Of a stretch of 64,000 nucleotides of DNA, positions 1-9,107 are shown piece after piece. The stretch is taken from positions 2,207 to 66,206 of the forward strand of contig JBEKXK010000005.1 in the NCBI GenBank assembly GCA_049512055.1, in the 5' to 3' direction. This DNA is from Syntrophales bacterium (GTDB lineage Bacteria; Desulfobacterota; Syntrophia; Syntrophales; UBA2185). Numbering within the stretch: the first letter of the stretch is position 1; every line of letters begins with the position of its first letter. The notes beneath the pieces were generated by a model, which worked only from the letters and a program-made list of their open reading frames with translations, searched no databases and had not been told where the DNA came from. The position numbers and the translations under genes are program-made.

Positions 1-1243
1 TGAGGTTCTTCTCCACCTCCCATAGAGTTGAACCCTTAAGGGGGACACTTGACAAATCAGCCTCCATTGGTTCCCCGTTATCTCCCTCAAGGCACAAATG
101 TTCCGGCCTTATTGGCCCTCTGTCTGCCATCAATACGGCCCTCTCGATAACGTTCTCGAGCTCTCTGACATTTCCGGGCCATGAATAGTTATTCAACAAG
201 GCCTCTGCCTCCTCGGACAGCAGAGGGTCTTTCCTTCCCGTAAGCTCGCCATATTTCTTGAGAAAATATTCATTTAGTAAAGGGATATCGCCCACCCTGC
301 CCCTAAGAGGCGGCACGCTCACGGGAATGACATTCAGTCTGTAAAAGAGATCCTCCCTGAACTTTTTTTCCGAAATGACTTTTTTCAAATCTGAGTTTGT
401 TGTTGCAATTATCCTCACGTCTACAGGGATCGTTTCTCTTCCTCCCAACCTGTCGATTTCTCCCTCCTGGATGGCCCTGAGGAGCTTCGCCTGAAGCTGC
501 ATGTCCATCTCGCTAATCTCATCCAGCAACAAAGTTCCCCCGTCAGCCATTTCGAATCTACCTAATCTTCTCTGCATTGCTCCGGTAAAAGCTCCCTTCT
601 CGTATCCGAACATTTCGCTTTCCAGAAGCGTGTGGGGAACAGCGGCACAGTTAACGGCAACAAAGGGCATAAGGGCTCTATTGCTGTGACGATGAATATA
701 CCGGGCAATTAGCTCCTTGCCCGTGCCACTTTCACCTTGAATCAAAACGCTGGATTTGCTTTTTGACACACATTTCAATAATTCAAGTATGGAAATCATT
801 TTCTTGTCGCAGGTGATAATCTCCTTGGAAGATGACTGGTTTTCTTCTTTATCTCTCGACTCTCCCTCACTTGTTTCATGATGCGAGAATACATTTTTTA
901 CAACCGACTCGAGGTCCTCAAGGGAAAAGGGTTTCATAATAAAATCGGAAGCCCCTTCCTTCATTGCCTGAACAGCCGTATTAACAGTACCGTAAGCGGT
1001 TATCACGATGACATGCGTTCTTGGTGATATCTTTTTGACGCCTCTTAGCACATCCATCCCGCCTACTTTGGGCATTCGCATATCCGTAATAACGACGTCA
1101 AACTGCCCTTTGGAAAATTTCTTCAGAGCATCTGCGCCATCTACGGCTGCTTCCACTTGATACCCGCAGCTCAGCAGAGATTCAGACAAGGCCATCCTCA
1201 TGGATGGATCATCATCAACTACCAAAACCGGTCTCTCATGCAT
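1..1243 (-). CDS. sigma-54-dependent response regulator (NtrC family), C-terminus cut by window edge
   Basis: Absent from the ORF track because it runs off the window. My reverse-strand translation from the ATG at 1243 gives MHERPVLVVDDDPSMRMAL...DVVITDMRMPKVGG (receiver). It continues with IQGESGTGKELIAR (Walker A), EKGAFTGA (sigma-54 contact loop) and WPGNVRELENVIERAV. The start overlaps the stop of the upstream kinase (ATGCATGA). Confidence 0.85.
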   Translation of the reverse strand, partial: MHERPVLVVDDDPSMRMALSESLLSCGYQVEAAVDGADALKKFSKGQFDVVITDMRMPKVGGMDVLRGVKKISPRTHVIVITAYGTVNTAVQAMKEGASDFIMKPFSLEDLESVVKNVFSHHETSEGESRDKEENQSSSKEIITCDKKMISILELLKCVSKSKSSVLIQGESGTGKELIARYIHRHSNRALMPFVAVNCAAVPHTLLESEMFGYEKGAFTGAMQRRLGRFEMADGGTLLLDEISEMDMQLQAKLLRAIQEGEIDRLGGRETIPVDVRIIATTNSDLKKVISEKKFREDLFYRLNVIPVSVPPLRGRVGDIPLLNEYFLKKYGELTGRKDPLLSEEAEALLNNYSWPGNVRELENVIERAVLMADRGPIRPEHLCLEGDNGEPMEADLSSVPLKGSTLWEVEKNL

Positions 1244-2516
1244 GTCTGTCACCCAAGATACTTAAATAATTAGTGACTTCAGGATTACGCGTCTCTTGAA
1301 ACAGAGGCAAGGTAATACTGAAGACTGTCCCTTCCTCTTCTCTGCTCTCTACGTCGATAGAACCGCCGTGTGCATGAACAATATTATGAACGATCGCAAG
1401 GCCCAAACCGGAGCCCCTCTCTCTGGTGCTGAAGAAAGGATCAAATATCTTTTTGAGATTATCCCTTGTGATGCCGTTTCCCGTATCTGAGATCCTGACT
1501 TCAACGCTTCTGACGCCGTCTTCTAAAGGCAGGTGAGAAACAACTGTTTCAATTCCAAGACATCCGCCGTCAGTCATCGCCTGTATGGCGTTTAACAATA
1601 TATTGAGAAAAACCTGCTTAAGCATCTCCGCATCACCTCTGACACAGGGCTCAACACCTGAGTACTTCACTGATAGTGATATATCTTCCTGCTTGATAAT
1701 CGGGTCGGAAAATCGAAGCACTTCCTTCACTATCCTATGAAGGTTAACCTTCCTCATCATGGGATGCTTCTGCGTTGTGAACAGCAGAAGGTTGGAAATC
1801 TTATTGTCCATATTCTTTACTGAGGTGATAATATGCGACAATCTTCCCTGATGTGTCTTGTCTTTCATATCCTTCATTAACAGCGAGGCGAATAACTCAA
1901 TACTCCCAAGGGGATTTCTAATCTCATGCGCTATGTTTGCCGCCATCTCACCCATGGCCATGAGCTTTTCCGTTCTCTTTGCCATTTCCTCCAGCTTCTC
2001 GATTCTCGTAACATCGCGCAATATAAAAACTTCCCCTATGGTCTCGCCTTGTTCAGATCTCATAGGGGACGCGAAAATCTCTATGATTCTGTCCTTCATA
2101 TTTACTTTCTTGCCAGTGTCCGTAAAGTGATCGGCATAGGAAAATGCGTTTTTGTCAAGATTCTTCAGATCACCAAATAACACTCTCACATGTTTTCCCG
2201 TGACCTGATCCTGGGAAATATTGAAAAACGTCTCGGCCCACTTGTTCAGCGTTGTTATCCATCCGGCGATATCTGTGACAACAACGCCGGTGGTCAGGCT
2301 TTCAAGTATGTTTCGGAGATAGTTCTTTACCTCCTCTTTTTCCGCTATCGTTCGCTTGAGTTCCTCATTCCTCAATTCCAATTCCCTGTTTATCTCTTGA
2401 AACTTCAGTTCAAGACTTGCAAAAGAATTCTGAAGCCGTTCGGTGGCCTGATTAAATTCATTGAATGATTTTTGTAAGAAGAGATATTGGTCTTCTGCCA
2501 TTTCCTGATCATTCAT
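1236..2516 (-). CDS. PAS-type sensor histidine kinase (NtrB-like)
   Basis: 426-aa ORF with a coiled-coil N-terminus and a PAS-like segment (GVVVTDIAGWITTLNKWAE). H-box AANIAHEIRNPL. ATPase boxes LNILLNAIQA, SDTGNGI and GSGLGLAIV. Translationally coupled to the downstream regulator. Confidence 0.9.
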   Translation of the reverse strand: MNDQEMAEDQYLFLQKSFNEFNQATERLQNSFASLELKFQEINRELELRNEELKRTIAEKEEVKNYLRNILESLTTGVVVTDIAGWITTLNKWAETFFNISQDQVTGKHVRVLFGDLKNLDKNAFSYADHFTDTGKKVNMKDRIIEIFASPMRSEQGETIGEVFILRDVTRIEKLEEMAKRTEKLMAMGEMAANIAHEIRNPLGSIELFASLLMKDMKDKTHQGRLSHIITSVKNMDNKISNLLLFTTQKHPMMRKVNLHRIVKEVLRFSDPIIKQEDISLSVKYSGVEPCVRGDAEMLKQVFLNILLNAIQAMTDGGCLGIETVVSHLPLEDGVRSVEVRISDTGNGITRDNLKKIFDPFFSTRERGSGLGLAIVHNIVHAHGGSIDVESREEEGTVFSITLPLFQETRNPEVTNYLSILGDRHA

Positions 2517-2548
2517 GATAACATCCGATCCCTGCAGACAATCCTGCT

Positions 2549-4708
2549 CTACGGATGATTAGAGTCATACTTCTCATTCCAGCTATATTCTCTCAGTGCA
2601 TAATCGGCGAGATTAGACCAGAAACCTTCGCCGCCCTTATTCTTCAATTCTGAAAAAGTCTTGTCTGCCATCTCTGAATTCTTCAATCCTGCGTACCCCT
2701 TCCCCATCCCATAGAGCGACCATAAGCCTTCGGCCCGCCCGCCAAGATATGACGCCGATTGCCTGTACATAGATATGGCCTCTTGGTATTCCTTTTTCTC
2801 AGACAGGCAATCGCCGAGACCCCTATATGAAGCAATTAGAACATCAACGGAGTATTTCTTGCTTTCCCTGTTGTAGGCTTCGATAGCCTTGCGATAACTG
2901 GCCATAGACGCTTCCACCGAATTTATTGCCTTCAGGCAGTCAGCATTCTTCAGGTAGACCTCTGCCATGCCTTCAATGCCTTCCCCATGAGCCAAGACCC
3001 TGGCATAAGCCGAAACCGCCTTATCAAACAAACCCTTTTTAAAGTAAACATTCCCCAAGATTCTGTCTACGTGCAACTGTATATACCCATCCGGAGCTGA
3101 ATGCTGGATGATCGCTTTGCCCTGAGATTTGGTCCGGCGGCCATTCATGGTCAATCTTCGGTCTTTTTCCTGCGGAGTCACTGACAACCGCTGGAGTATC
3201 CTTTCGACATTATCATAATTTCGTCTCTCACAGTCGATATCAGCAATGGCAAGCAATATCTTGTTTCTATCGCCAACACTCCCCGAGGTCTTCAGAAGTT
3301 TTTCAAAAACTTCGGCCGCTTCATCATATAGGCCAACCCGTCTGAGACTGTCACCCATGCAGTATGCCGTCTTGAAATTATCTCCTGTGATCAGTCCGTG
3401 TTCTCGAGACTTAAAATATATCTCTGAAACTGCCAGATAATCCCCGTTCGCATAATTTTCGTCCACGATCCGATCGGCAGATGTCATGAAATACTTGACG
3501 ACCTCTCCCTTGTACCTTCCATTGGAAAAGCGAGAGAGCAAAAGAGCATAGGTATCAAAGCTCTCCTTGTGTCTGTTATTCTTGTACAAGAAGTAACCTT
3601 TTTGAAAGAGCAGCTCCTCCACATAGTCGCCGGAAGGGGATCCGGCCAGCAGGTCATTATAAGTCTTAAGCGGGTCCTGGTAATTCCGCATTCCCTGAAA
3701 ATATGACGGCAATCTCATCCCCGGCTTCTTTACACCCAGATTAGCCATGATAATTGCACTTTCCATAGCTTCACGGCTGGCGGGAAATTTTTCTATCAAA
3801 AGACTGAAAATCTTCAGCGAAAGGGGAAGTTGATCGAGTTCCATAAGGGAACGGGCAATGGCAAAAAGAACTTCTTTGTTGCTCTCCTTTGCCGGGAAAA
3901 CATTGACATAGAAGAAAAATATCTTCAGTGCATCGCGATACTTCGTGCTCCGAAAGTAATGATATCCCACGTTCAGAAGGACATCTTCGGGGATGGTTTC
4001 CAATTCAGGCCACTTGTTCAAGGCATCATTATACCATTTATCGGCGACTTCCTCCTGATGCATCTGCGAGTAGCAATCACCCAGATTGAAGTAAGCCGTC
4101 TTAACGTATTCCCCCGCCGGGAACTTGCGGACATATTCCTCGAACTTCAGAGCGCTCTCGTCAAATTTTCTTGTCTTATAGAGCATTTCGCCGATCCTGA
4201 ACGTAATCTCTGGAACGTAATGAGACTCAGGATACTTTGCGTAAAGATTTTCAAATTCCCGCTTCGCTTCATAATAAAAATCTAAGGCAGCATAGGCATT
4301 CGCTATTCTGTATAAGGCAATGGCATTGCCATCGCGGGAATCGGGATACTTCTGCACTATATTCTTGTAAAGATCGACTGCATTTAACAAATCATTCTTA
4401 TTCCCATTTATTCCCAGGAAATAATGGCATTCCGCCATGGATCTCATAACCTTTTCCTTTTGGGGGGATTCTCCGGACTCCTGCGGCAAGACAACTTTGA
4501 ACTTTTCCAGCGCCTCAGCATATCCTCCCCGTTGAAAGTCTCCCATGGCCTGATCATAAAGAGAATTGTCACCGTGACTGGCTGTTGTCACCGCATTCGG
4601 TTGACCTGTTCCTCGACCTTGCTCATCGCCGCTGCTGCCGTGAGTCGATCCGCTGAGCTGGATAATGAGCATTAGTATGAAGCCAGATGAGATTATGAAT
4701 TTCTTCAT
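2549..4708 (-). CDS. secreted TPR-repeat protein
   Basis: 719 aa with a signal-like N-terminus (MKKFIISSGFILMLIIQLSGSTHG). Many 34-aa TPR-like units rich in Y/A/L (e.g. ALYRIANAYAALDFYYEAKREFENLYAKYP). Same strand as the kinase and 32 nt upstream of it. Confidence 0.7.
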   Translation of the reverse strand: MKKFIISSGFILMLIIQLSGSTHGSSGDEQGRGTGQPNAVTTASHGDNSLYDQAMGDFQRGGYAEALEKFKVVLPQESGESPQKEKVMRSMAECHYFLGINGNKNDLLNAVDLYKNIVQKYPDSRDGNAIALYRIANAYAALDFYYEAKREFENLYAKYPESHYVPEITFRIGEMLYKTRKFDESALKFEEYVRKFPAGEYVKTAYFNLGDCYSQMHQEEVADKWYNDALNKWPELETIPEDVLLNVGYHYFRSTKYRDALKIFFFYVNVFPAKESNKEVLFAIARSLMELDQLPLSLKIFSLLIEKFPASREAMESAIIMANLGVKKPGMRLPSYFQGMRNYQDPLKTYNDLLAGSPSGDYVEELLFQKGYFLYKNNRHKESFDTYALLLSRFSNGRYKGEVVKYFMTSADRIVDENYANGDYLAVSEIYFKSREHGLITGDNFKTAYCMGDSLRRVGLYDEAAEVFEKLLKTSGSVGDRNKILLAIADIDCERRNYDNVERILQRLSVTPQEKDRRLTMNGRRTKSQGKAIIQHSAPDGYIQLHVDRILGNVYFKKGLFDKAVSAYARVLAHGEGIEGMAEVYLKNADCLKAINSVEASMASYRKAIEAYNRESKKYSVDVLIASYRGLGDCLSEKKEYQEAISMYRQSASYLGGRAEGLWSLYGMGKGYAGLKNSEMADKTFSELKNKGGEGFWSNLADYALREYSWNEKYDSNHP

Positions 4709-5299
4709 TATTCTAGAACTTAAACATGTAGAGAGTCACAGACTCCCACACTTCGATTCTCTCGTTAACTGTCATCTCCAAATAACGGGTGGAGGTGTTC
4801 CCGTGCCGCACTGATACATCCTTTCGTTGTGCTTCAGCTTCATTTCCTGAGCAATTTACATACCACCTGTCTATGACTCGGCATTTCTCTTAATAAACGG
4901 AAACTTAAGGATGTTTTCCCGCCACATGGTGCCACCGTCTGAGCATGACTTACGTCAAATAGTCACCATGCCGGCCAATTTTTTGACCGGATCGCCTGTC
5001 CGGAAATAGCAGCATCCTTGCCGCATATCTTTCTTCCTATGGCAAGAATAATCTTGACGGAAAGTGCGTGTGTTGTTTTTTAAGCGGATCCTTTGGGAAG
5101 GTGCCAAGGATATGAACTGACAGACAAGAGAGAAAATTAGCAGGTTATTGGTGAATTATTGCAACAGGATTTCTCAGCCGTCACGCAAGCGCTGGAGATC
5201 CTTTCTGTGGTGTGCTGACATGCAGGGATAAAGGGCCGAATATGATAAGCTGTCAATGCCTGCGCCTGGGAAAATACTTGCTCGTCCAAGCGTCAATAG

Positions 5300-6679
5300 C
5301 TACTGACCAATCTTGAACCTCTTTAATTTCTCAACAAAAGTTGTCCTATTTAGATTCAGTAATTTTGCAGCCTTGTTTTTTGCTCCTCCAGCCTTTTCCA
5401 AGGCTCTGGAAAGCAAGTCCTTTTCAAGCTGATCAACATAGGCATTATAGTTGATTCCCTCATCCGTTATTTCCACGCCGCTCCTGACGATGCTATGGGA
5501 GTGTGCCATTGCTATTTTTTCCGGAAGGTCTTGAACCTCAATTTCACCTTCCTCTTTCAAGACAACGAGCATCTCGATTAAATTTTCGAGTTCTCGGACG
5601 TTTCCGGGCCAGGAGTACTTGAGCAGGTACTCCATCGCCTCCGGGGTGATTCGAGACACCCCCTTTCTCTTCAATTTGTTGAATTTTGACAAGAAATGGT
5701 TAGCCAAGATCGGAATGTCAACCTTCCTTTCTCTCAGAGGCGGCAAATCAATAGGTATGACGTTTATACGGTAAAACAGATCTTCCCGAAATCTTTTTTC
5801 CTCTATCGCCTTTTCCAAATCTTGGTTGGTTGCGGCAATAATTCTTACATCTACCTGCAGCGTCTTCACTCCTCCGATCCGCTCAAATTGCTTCTCCTGA
5901 AGCACTCTTAGCACCTTCACCTGCAGCGCAGGACTCATATCACCGATCTCATCCAGAAATATCGTCCCGCCATTGGCTAACTCAAATCTGCCGATTCTTG
6001 TGCGGAGTGCTCCTGTAAAAGCGCCTTTCTCATGGCCGAATAACTCACTTTCAAGCAGCTCTTCCGGAATAGCCCCGCAGTTTACGGCGACAAGGGGAAA
6101 ATTGATTCTCTCACTGTTGAAATGTACGGCCTTGGCAACCAATTCTTTGCCTGTGCCGCTTTCACCATAGATCATGACAGTACTATCCGAAGTGGCGACC
6201 TTTTCAATCGTATCAAATATCCTTTTCATCCCATCGCTATAGCCGATCATATTGTCGAAATCATATCTTTTTTTCAAACTTCTCTTGAGGGCTATATTTT
6301 CTTGCCTGAGTTTCGCATAGGATAATGCCCTTTCAATCGTCAGTGTCACAAGATCATCTTTTAACGGCTTGGTTATATAGTCAAAAGCGCCGAGCTTTAT
6401 TGCCGCTACGGCTGTATTAATAGTGCCGTGGCCGGTAATTATAATTACGATATTCTCCGGACTAATTTCCTGAATAAACTCGAGAAGCTGAAGACCATCC
6501 AAATTTGGCATCTTCAAATCAGTTATGACGAGGTCGTATCTATCTTCTATAAAGGCATCCCTGGCCTGCCTGCCGTCTTCGACAGTCGTGACCTCGCAGC
6601 CATGACTCTTCAGAAGTTCGGAGAGATTCTCCCTGCTCAATTCATTGTCCTCAGCAATTAATATCTTTGCATTTTTCAT
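5300..6679 (-). CDS. sigma-54-dependent response regulator (NtrC/AtoC family)
   Basis: 459 aa. Receiver (ILIAEDN...DLVITDLKMPNLDG), AAA+ Walker A GESGTGKE, GAFTGA loop, WPGNVRELENLIE, and a C-terminal Fis-type HTH (AAKLLNLNRTTFVEKLKRF). Confidence 0.92.
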   Translation of the reverse strand: MKNAKILIAEDNELSRENLSELLKSHGCEVTTVEDGRQARDAFIEDRYDLVITDLKMPNLDGLQLLEFIQEISPENIVIIITGHGTINTAVAAIKLGAFDYITKPLKDDLVTLTIERALSYAKLRQENIALKRSLKKRYDFDNMIGYSDGMKRIFDTIEKVATSDSTVMIYGESGTGKELVAKAVHFNSERINFPLVAVNCGAIPEELLESELFGHEKGAFTGALRTRIGRFELANGGTIFLDEIGDMSPALQVKVLRVLQEKQFERIGGVKTLQVDVRIIAATNQDLEKAIEEKRFREDLFYRINVIPIDLPPLRERKVDIPILANHFLSKFNKLKRKGVSRITPEAMEYLLKYSWPGNVRELENLIEMLVVLKEEGEIEVQDLPEKIAMAHSHSIVRSGVEITDEGINYNAYVDQLEKDLLSRALEKAGGAKNKAAKLLNLNRTTFVEKLKRFKIGQ

Positions 6680-6912
6680 AATAGATTCTTCAAGAAGATC
6701 CTCAGTTGTGACGATATAAGACTCAGCCGGATTTGATTACACTTAATGTTAACAAAAATTGAACAATAGTCAAATAGAATATTAACATAATAGTCATTTA
6801 TGATTGAGATTTTATAATATTCATGCATTGCCTAAAAAAAGAGTTAAAGTTTTACTGTTTTCTTCCGATAGAAACAACGAGGGATGAGAATACATTATGG
6901 CGGAGTTGAACG

Positions 6913-7128
6913 ATGACGATTTCATCTTATCAAATTGACAATATTCTCAAGGCGTATAGTAAGCAGAACAAGGTCAAGATCGGAGCATCACTTCAACCGG
7001 ACATAGCCAAAGGTGTGAAGTATGCCGACGTAGTCACTCTGGACTCCGGCGATAAAACGGCTGCTTACGACAAAATTTCATACAGCCTGATGGATATTCT
7101 CCTGAAATCCAAGAAGAATAATGACTGA
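6913..7128 (+). CDS. small hypothetical protein (71 aa)
   Basis: ORF with an upstream purine-rich stretch (cgagggatgagaa...ggcggag). Its stop overlaps the start of the next gene (ATGACTGA at 7121-7128), which suggests translational coupling. I recognise no family. Confidence 0.4.
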   Translation: MTISSYQIDNILKAYSKQNKVKIGASLQPDIAKGVKYADVVTLDSGDKTAAYDKISYSLMDILLKSKKNND

Positions 7129-8713
7129 GCGGGATCATTTACCTTTTTCCACAGACAATACACACGATAGAGCGCTTATGTTAAATATCAATGAAGTCAG
7201 TTCGGAAAAGAAATCCATTCTGGTAGTCGATGACGACATCGGCACCAGATCACTTGTTGTCGATGCGATATGTCAGGCGGGCGTCTATGCAGTTACTGAG
7301 GCCTCAGATGGCGTTGAAGGCCTGGAAAAGCTGGGCGAAAAGCATTTTGATATGGTCATATGCGATGTCATGATGCCGGGTATGAATGGCATGGATCTCC
7401 TGGACAAGATCAGGGAAATCAAACCGACGACGCACGTGATTCTTATTACGGCCTACCCGACCATCGGATTGACCGTTTCCGCAATGAAGACCGGTGCTGT
7501 AGACTTCCTGGCTAAACCATTCAATATTGACGATCTCTTATACAAGGTTGATGTCTATTTAAGGGCAAAAACAATTCTGAGTGAATATGACAAGCAGACA
7601 ACAGCCACTTCCTTAACTACCAAGATAAGTGACTTATCTACGCGCAGCTACATATACGACAAGATCGAACTCACGAAAAACAATGACGAAATCTTTCAAG
7701 AAATGGTTGATCTCGCCTTGAAGGTCGTCGGCGGCGAGGCATGTTCTATACTCTTGTACGATAAGGATTCTCAGGAATTTGATGCCGTTGTCGTCAAAGG
7801 AGTGTCGCAGACTTTTTTTAAAAGCGTAATTATATCGTCTTTATATTCTATACTCAGAGATACCGTCCACAGGAAAGAGCCTTTGTTGCGAAACTTCATC
7901 AGAAACACGGCATATTCATCTGTCATCTGTTCGCCTCTGAAAATTAGGGACCAGGTCTTCGGTATCATAGCTCTTTCTGGAAAAAGTAACGAACATGTCT
8001 ATACGGAAAGAGATCTTTACTATATCCAGAGTATAGCCAACAGGGCGTCTCTCAATATCGAGAACAGGATTCTGTATGAAAGTCTTTATACAAATCTCTT
8101 GAGTACCTTTCAATCTCTCGTTGCTTCAATACAAGCTCGTGATTACTACACGGAAGAGCACTCCGTGAGGGTAACGGATATTGTTATCAGAACAGCAGAA
8201 GCTATGAGTTGCTCCCCCAGTGAAATAGAATCGCTGAAGATAGCGGCAACTCTGCATGACATAGGAAAAATCTCCATACCGGATGACATACTGCTTAAAC
8301 CTGGCCGACTCACTACTTACGAATTCGATGTTATAAAGAAACACCCGGTGATTGGAGAAAATATCTTGAAGCCCCTTCCCATCTTGGATACGGAAAGATT
8401 GATAATCCGCCATCACCACGAACGGTGGGACGGTACTGGTTATCCCGATGGCCTCAAGGGTACTAATATTCCCTTTTTTTCCAGGATGCTGGCAGTCGCA
8501 GATGCGTTTGACGCAATGACTAACAACCGACCTTACAGAAAGGCAATGGAGATAGACGCAGCTGTTGCCGAGTTGAAAAGAAATGTCAATCGTCAGTTTG
8601 ACGAAGAAATGGTGGAATGTTTTATAAACGCCATGCATCAGCAATCAACCATTTCGCCCCGCGGGATTCTGACTGATACCGGGCATCTTGTAAAGCCAAT
8701 CTGTCAAGAGTAG
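7121..8713 (+). CDS. response regulator receiver-GAF-HD-GYP protein (putative c-di-GMP phosphodiesterase)
   Basis: 530 aa. Receiver (ILVVDDD...DMVICDVMMPGMNG...KP), a central GAF-like region, and a C-terminal HD-GYP (LHDIGKISIP ... HHERWDGTGYPDGL). Confidence 0.85.
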   Translation: MTERDHLPFSTDNTHDRALMLNINEVSSEKKSILVVDDDIGTRSLVVDAICQAGVYAVTEASDGVEGLEKLGEKHFDMVICDVMMPGMNGMDLLDKIREIKPTTHVILITAYPTIGLTVSAMKTGAVDFLAKPFNIDDLLYKVDVYLRAKTILSEYDKQTTATSLTTKISDLSTRSYIYDKIELTKNNDEIFQEMVDLALKVVGGEACSILLYDKDSQEFDAVVVKGVSQTFFKSVIISSLYSILRDTVHRKEPLLRNFIRNTAYSSVICSPLKIRDQVFGIIALSGKSNEHVYTERDLYYIQSIANRASLNIENRILYESLYTNLLSTFQSLVASIQARDYYTEEHSVRVTDIVIRTAEAMSCSPSEIESLKIAATLHDIGKISIPDDILLKPGRLTTYEFDVIKKHPVIGENILKPLPILDTERLIIRHHHERWDGTGYPDGLKGTNIPFFSRMLAVADAFDAMTNNRPYRKAMEIDAAVAELKRNVNRQFDEEMVECFINAMHQQSTISPRGILTDTGHLVKPICQE

Positions 8714-9107
8714 ATCACCCTTGTAATCTTAATGCATCCCCCCATACCAGAAAAAGTCAGACCCCCGGCTGTATCGTAAAGATCGCGGCAGCAACATGGC
8801 GCTGTATCTAGGCATGCCTCGCAGCTCAAGCATGAAGAGAAGGACCCGGCAGGAAATATAGCGACCGCATGTTTCCCACCAAAAAACATTCGCTTCGCAG
8901 TTCTCGAAATCCTGTGGTGATGGACATGCTTCTGTCAACCGCGTTACCCGATTCGGATCACCTTATAGCGGGCGGTTAATGCCTGTCGACATGTCGTTCC
9001 GAACTGCAGAAAGACTTGCGGGCTTCAATTGAACTGCCGGAAATGATGAGAGCTGAGTAAATGTTGATATCTTGGCACAGCCGATTTCATATGCTGAGAC
9101 GCTGCCG

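Noticed and set aside
8987-9035. Two perfect 10-bp palindromes (CGACATGTCG at 8987-8996 and TTCAATTGAA at about 9023-9032) in the 394-bp convergent spacer 8714-9107.
   Set aside because: Ten-bp palindromes are expected by chance at roughly this density. The region lies between two gene ends and has no T-tract. The overlapping ORFs (8704-8889, 8729-8938) look non-coding.
9073-9090. TGGCAC hexamer (cttggcacagccgatttcat) as a possible sigma-54 -24 element.
   Set aside because: At the -12 position the sequence is ATTT rather than TTGC. There is also no plus-strand gene downstream, since the next plus-strand gene starts at 10666.
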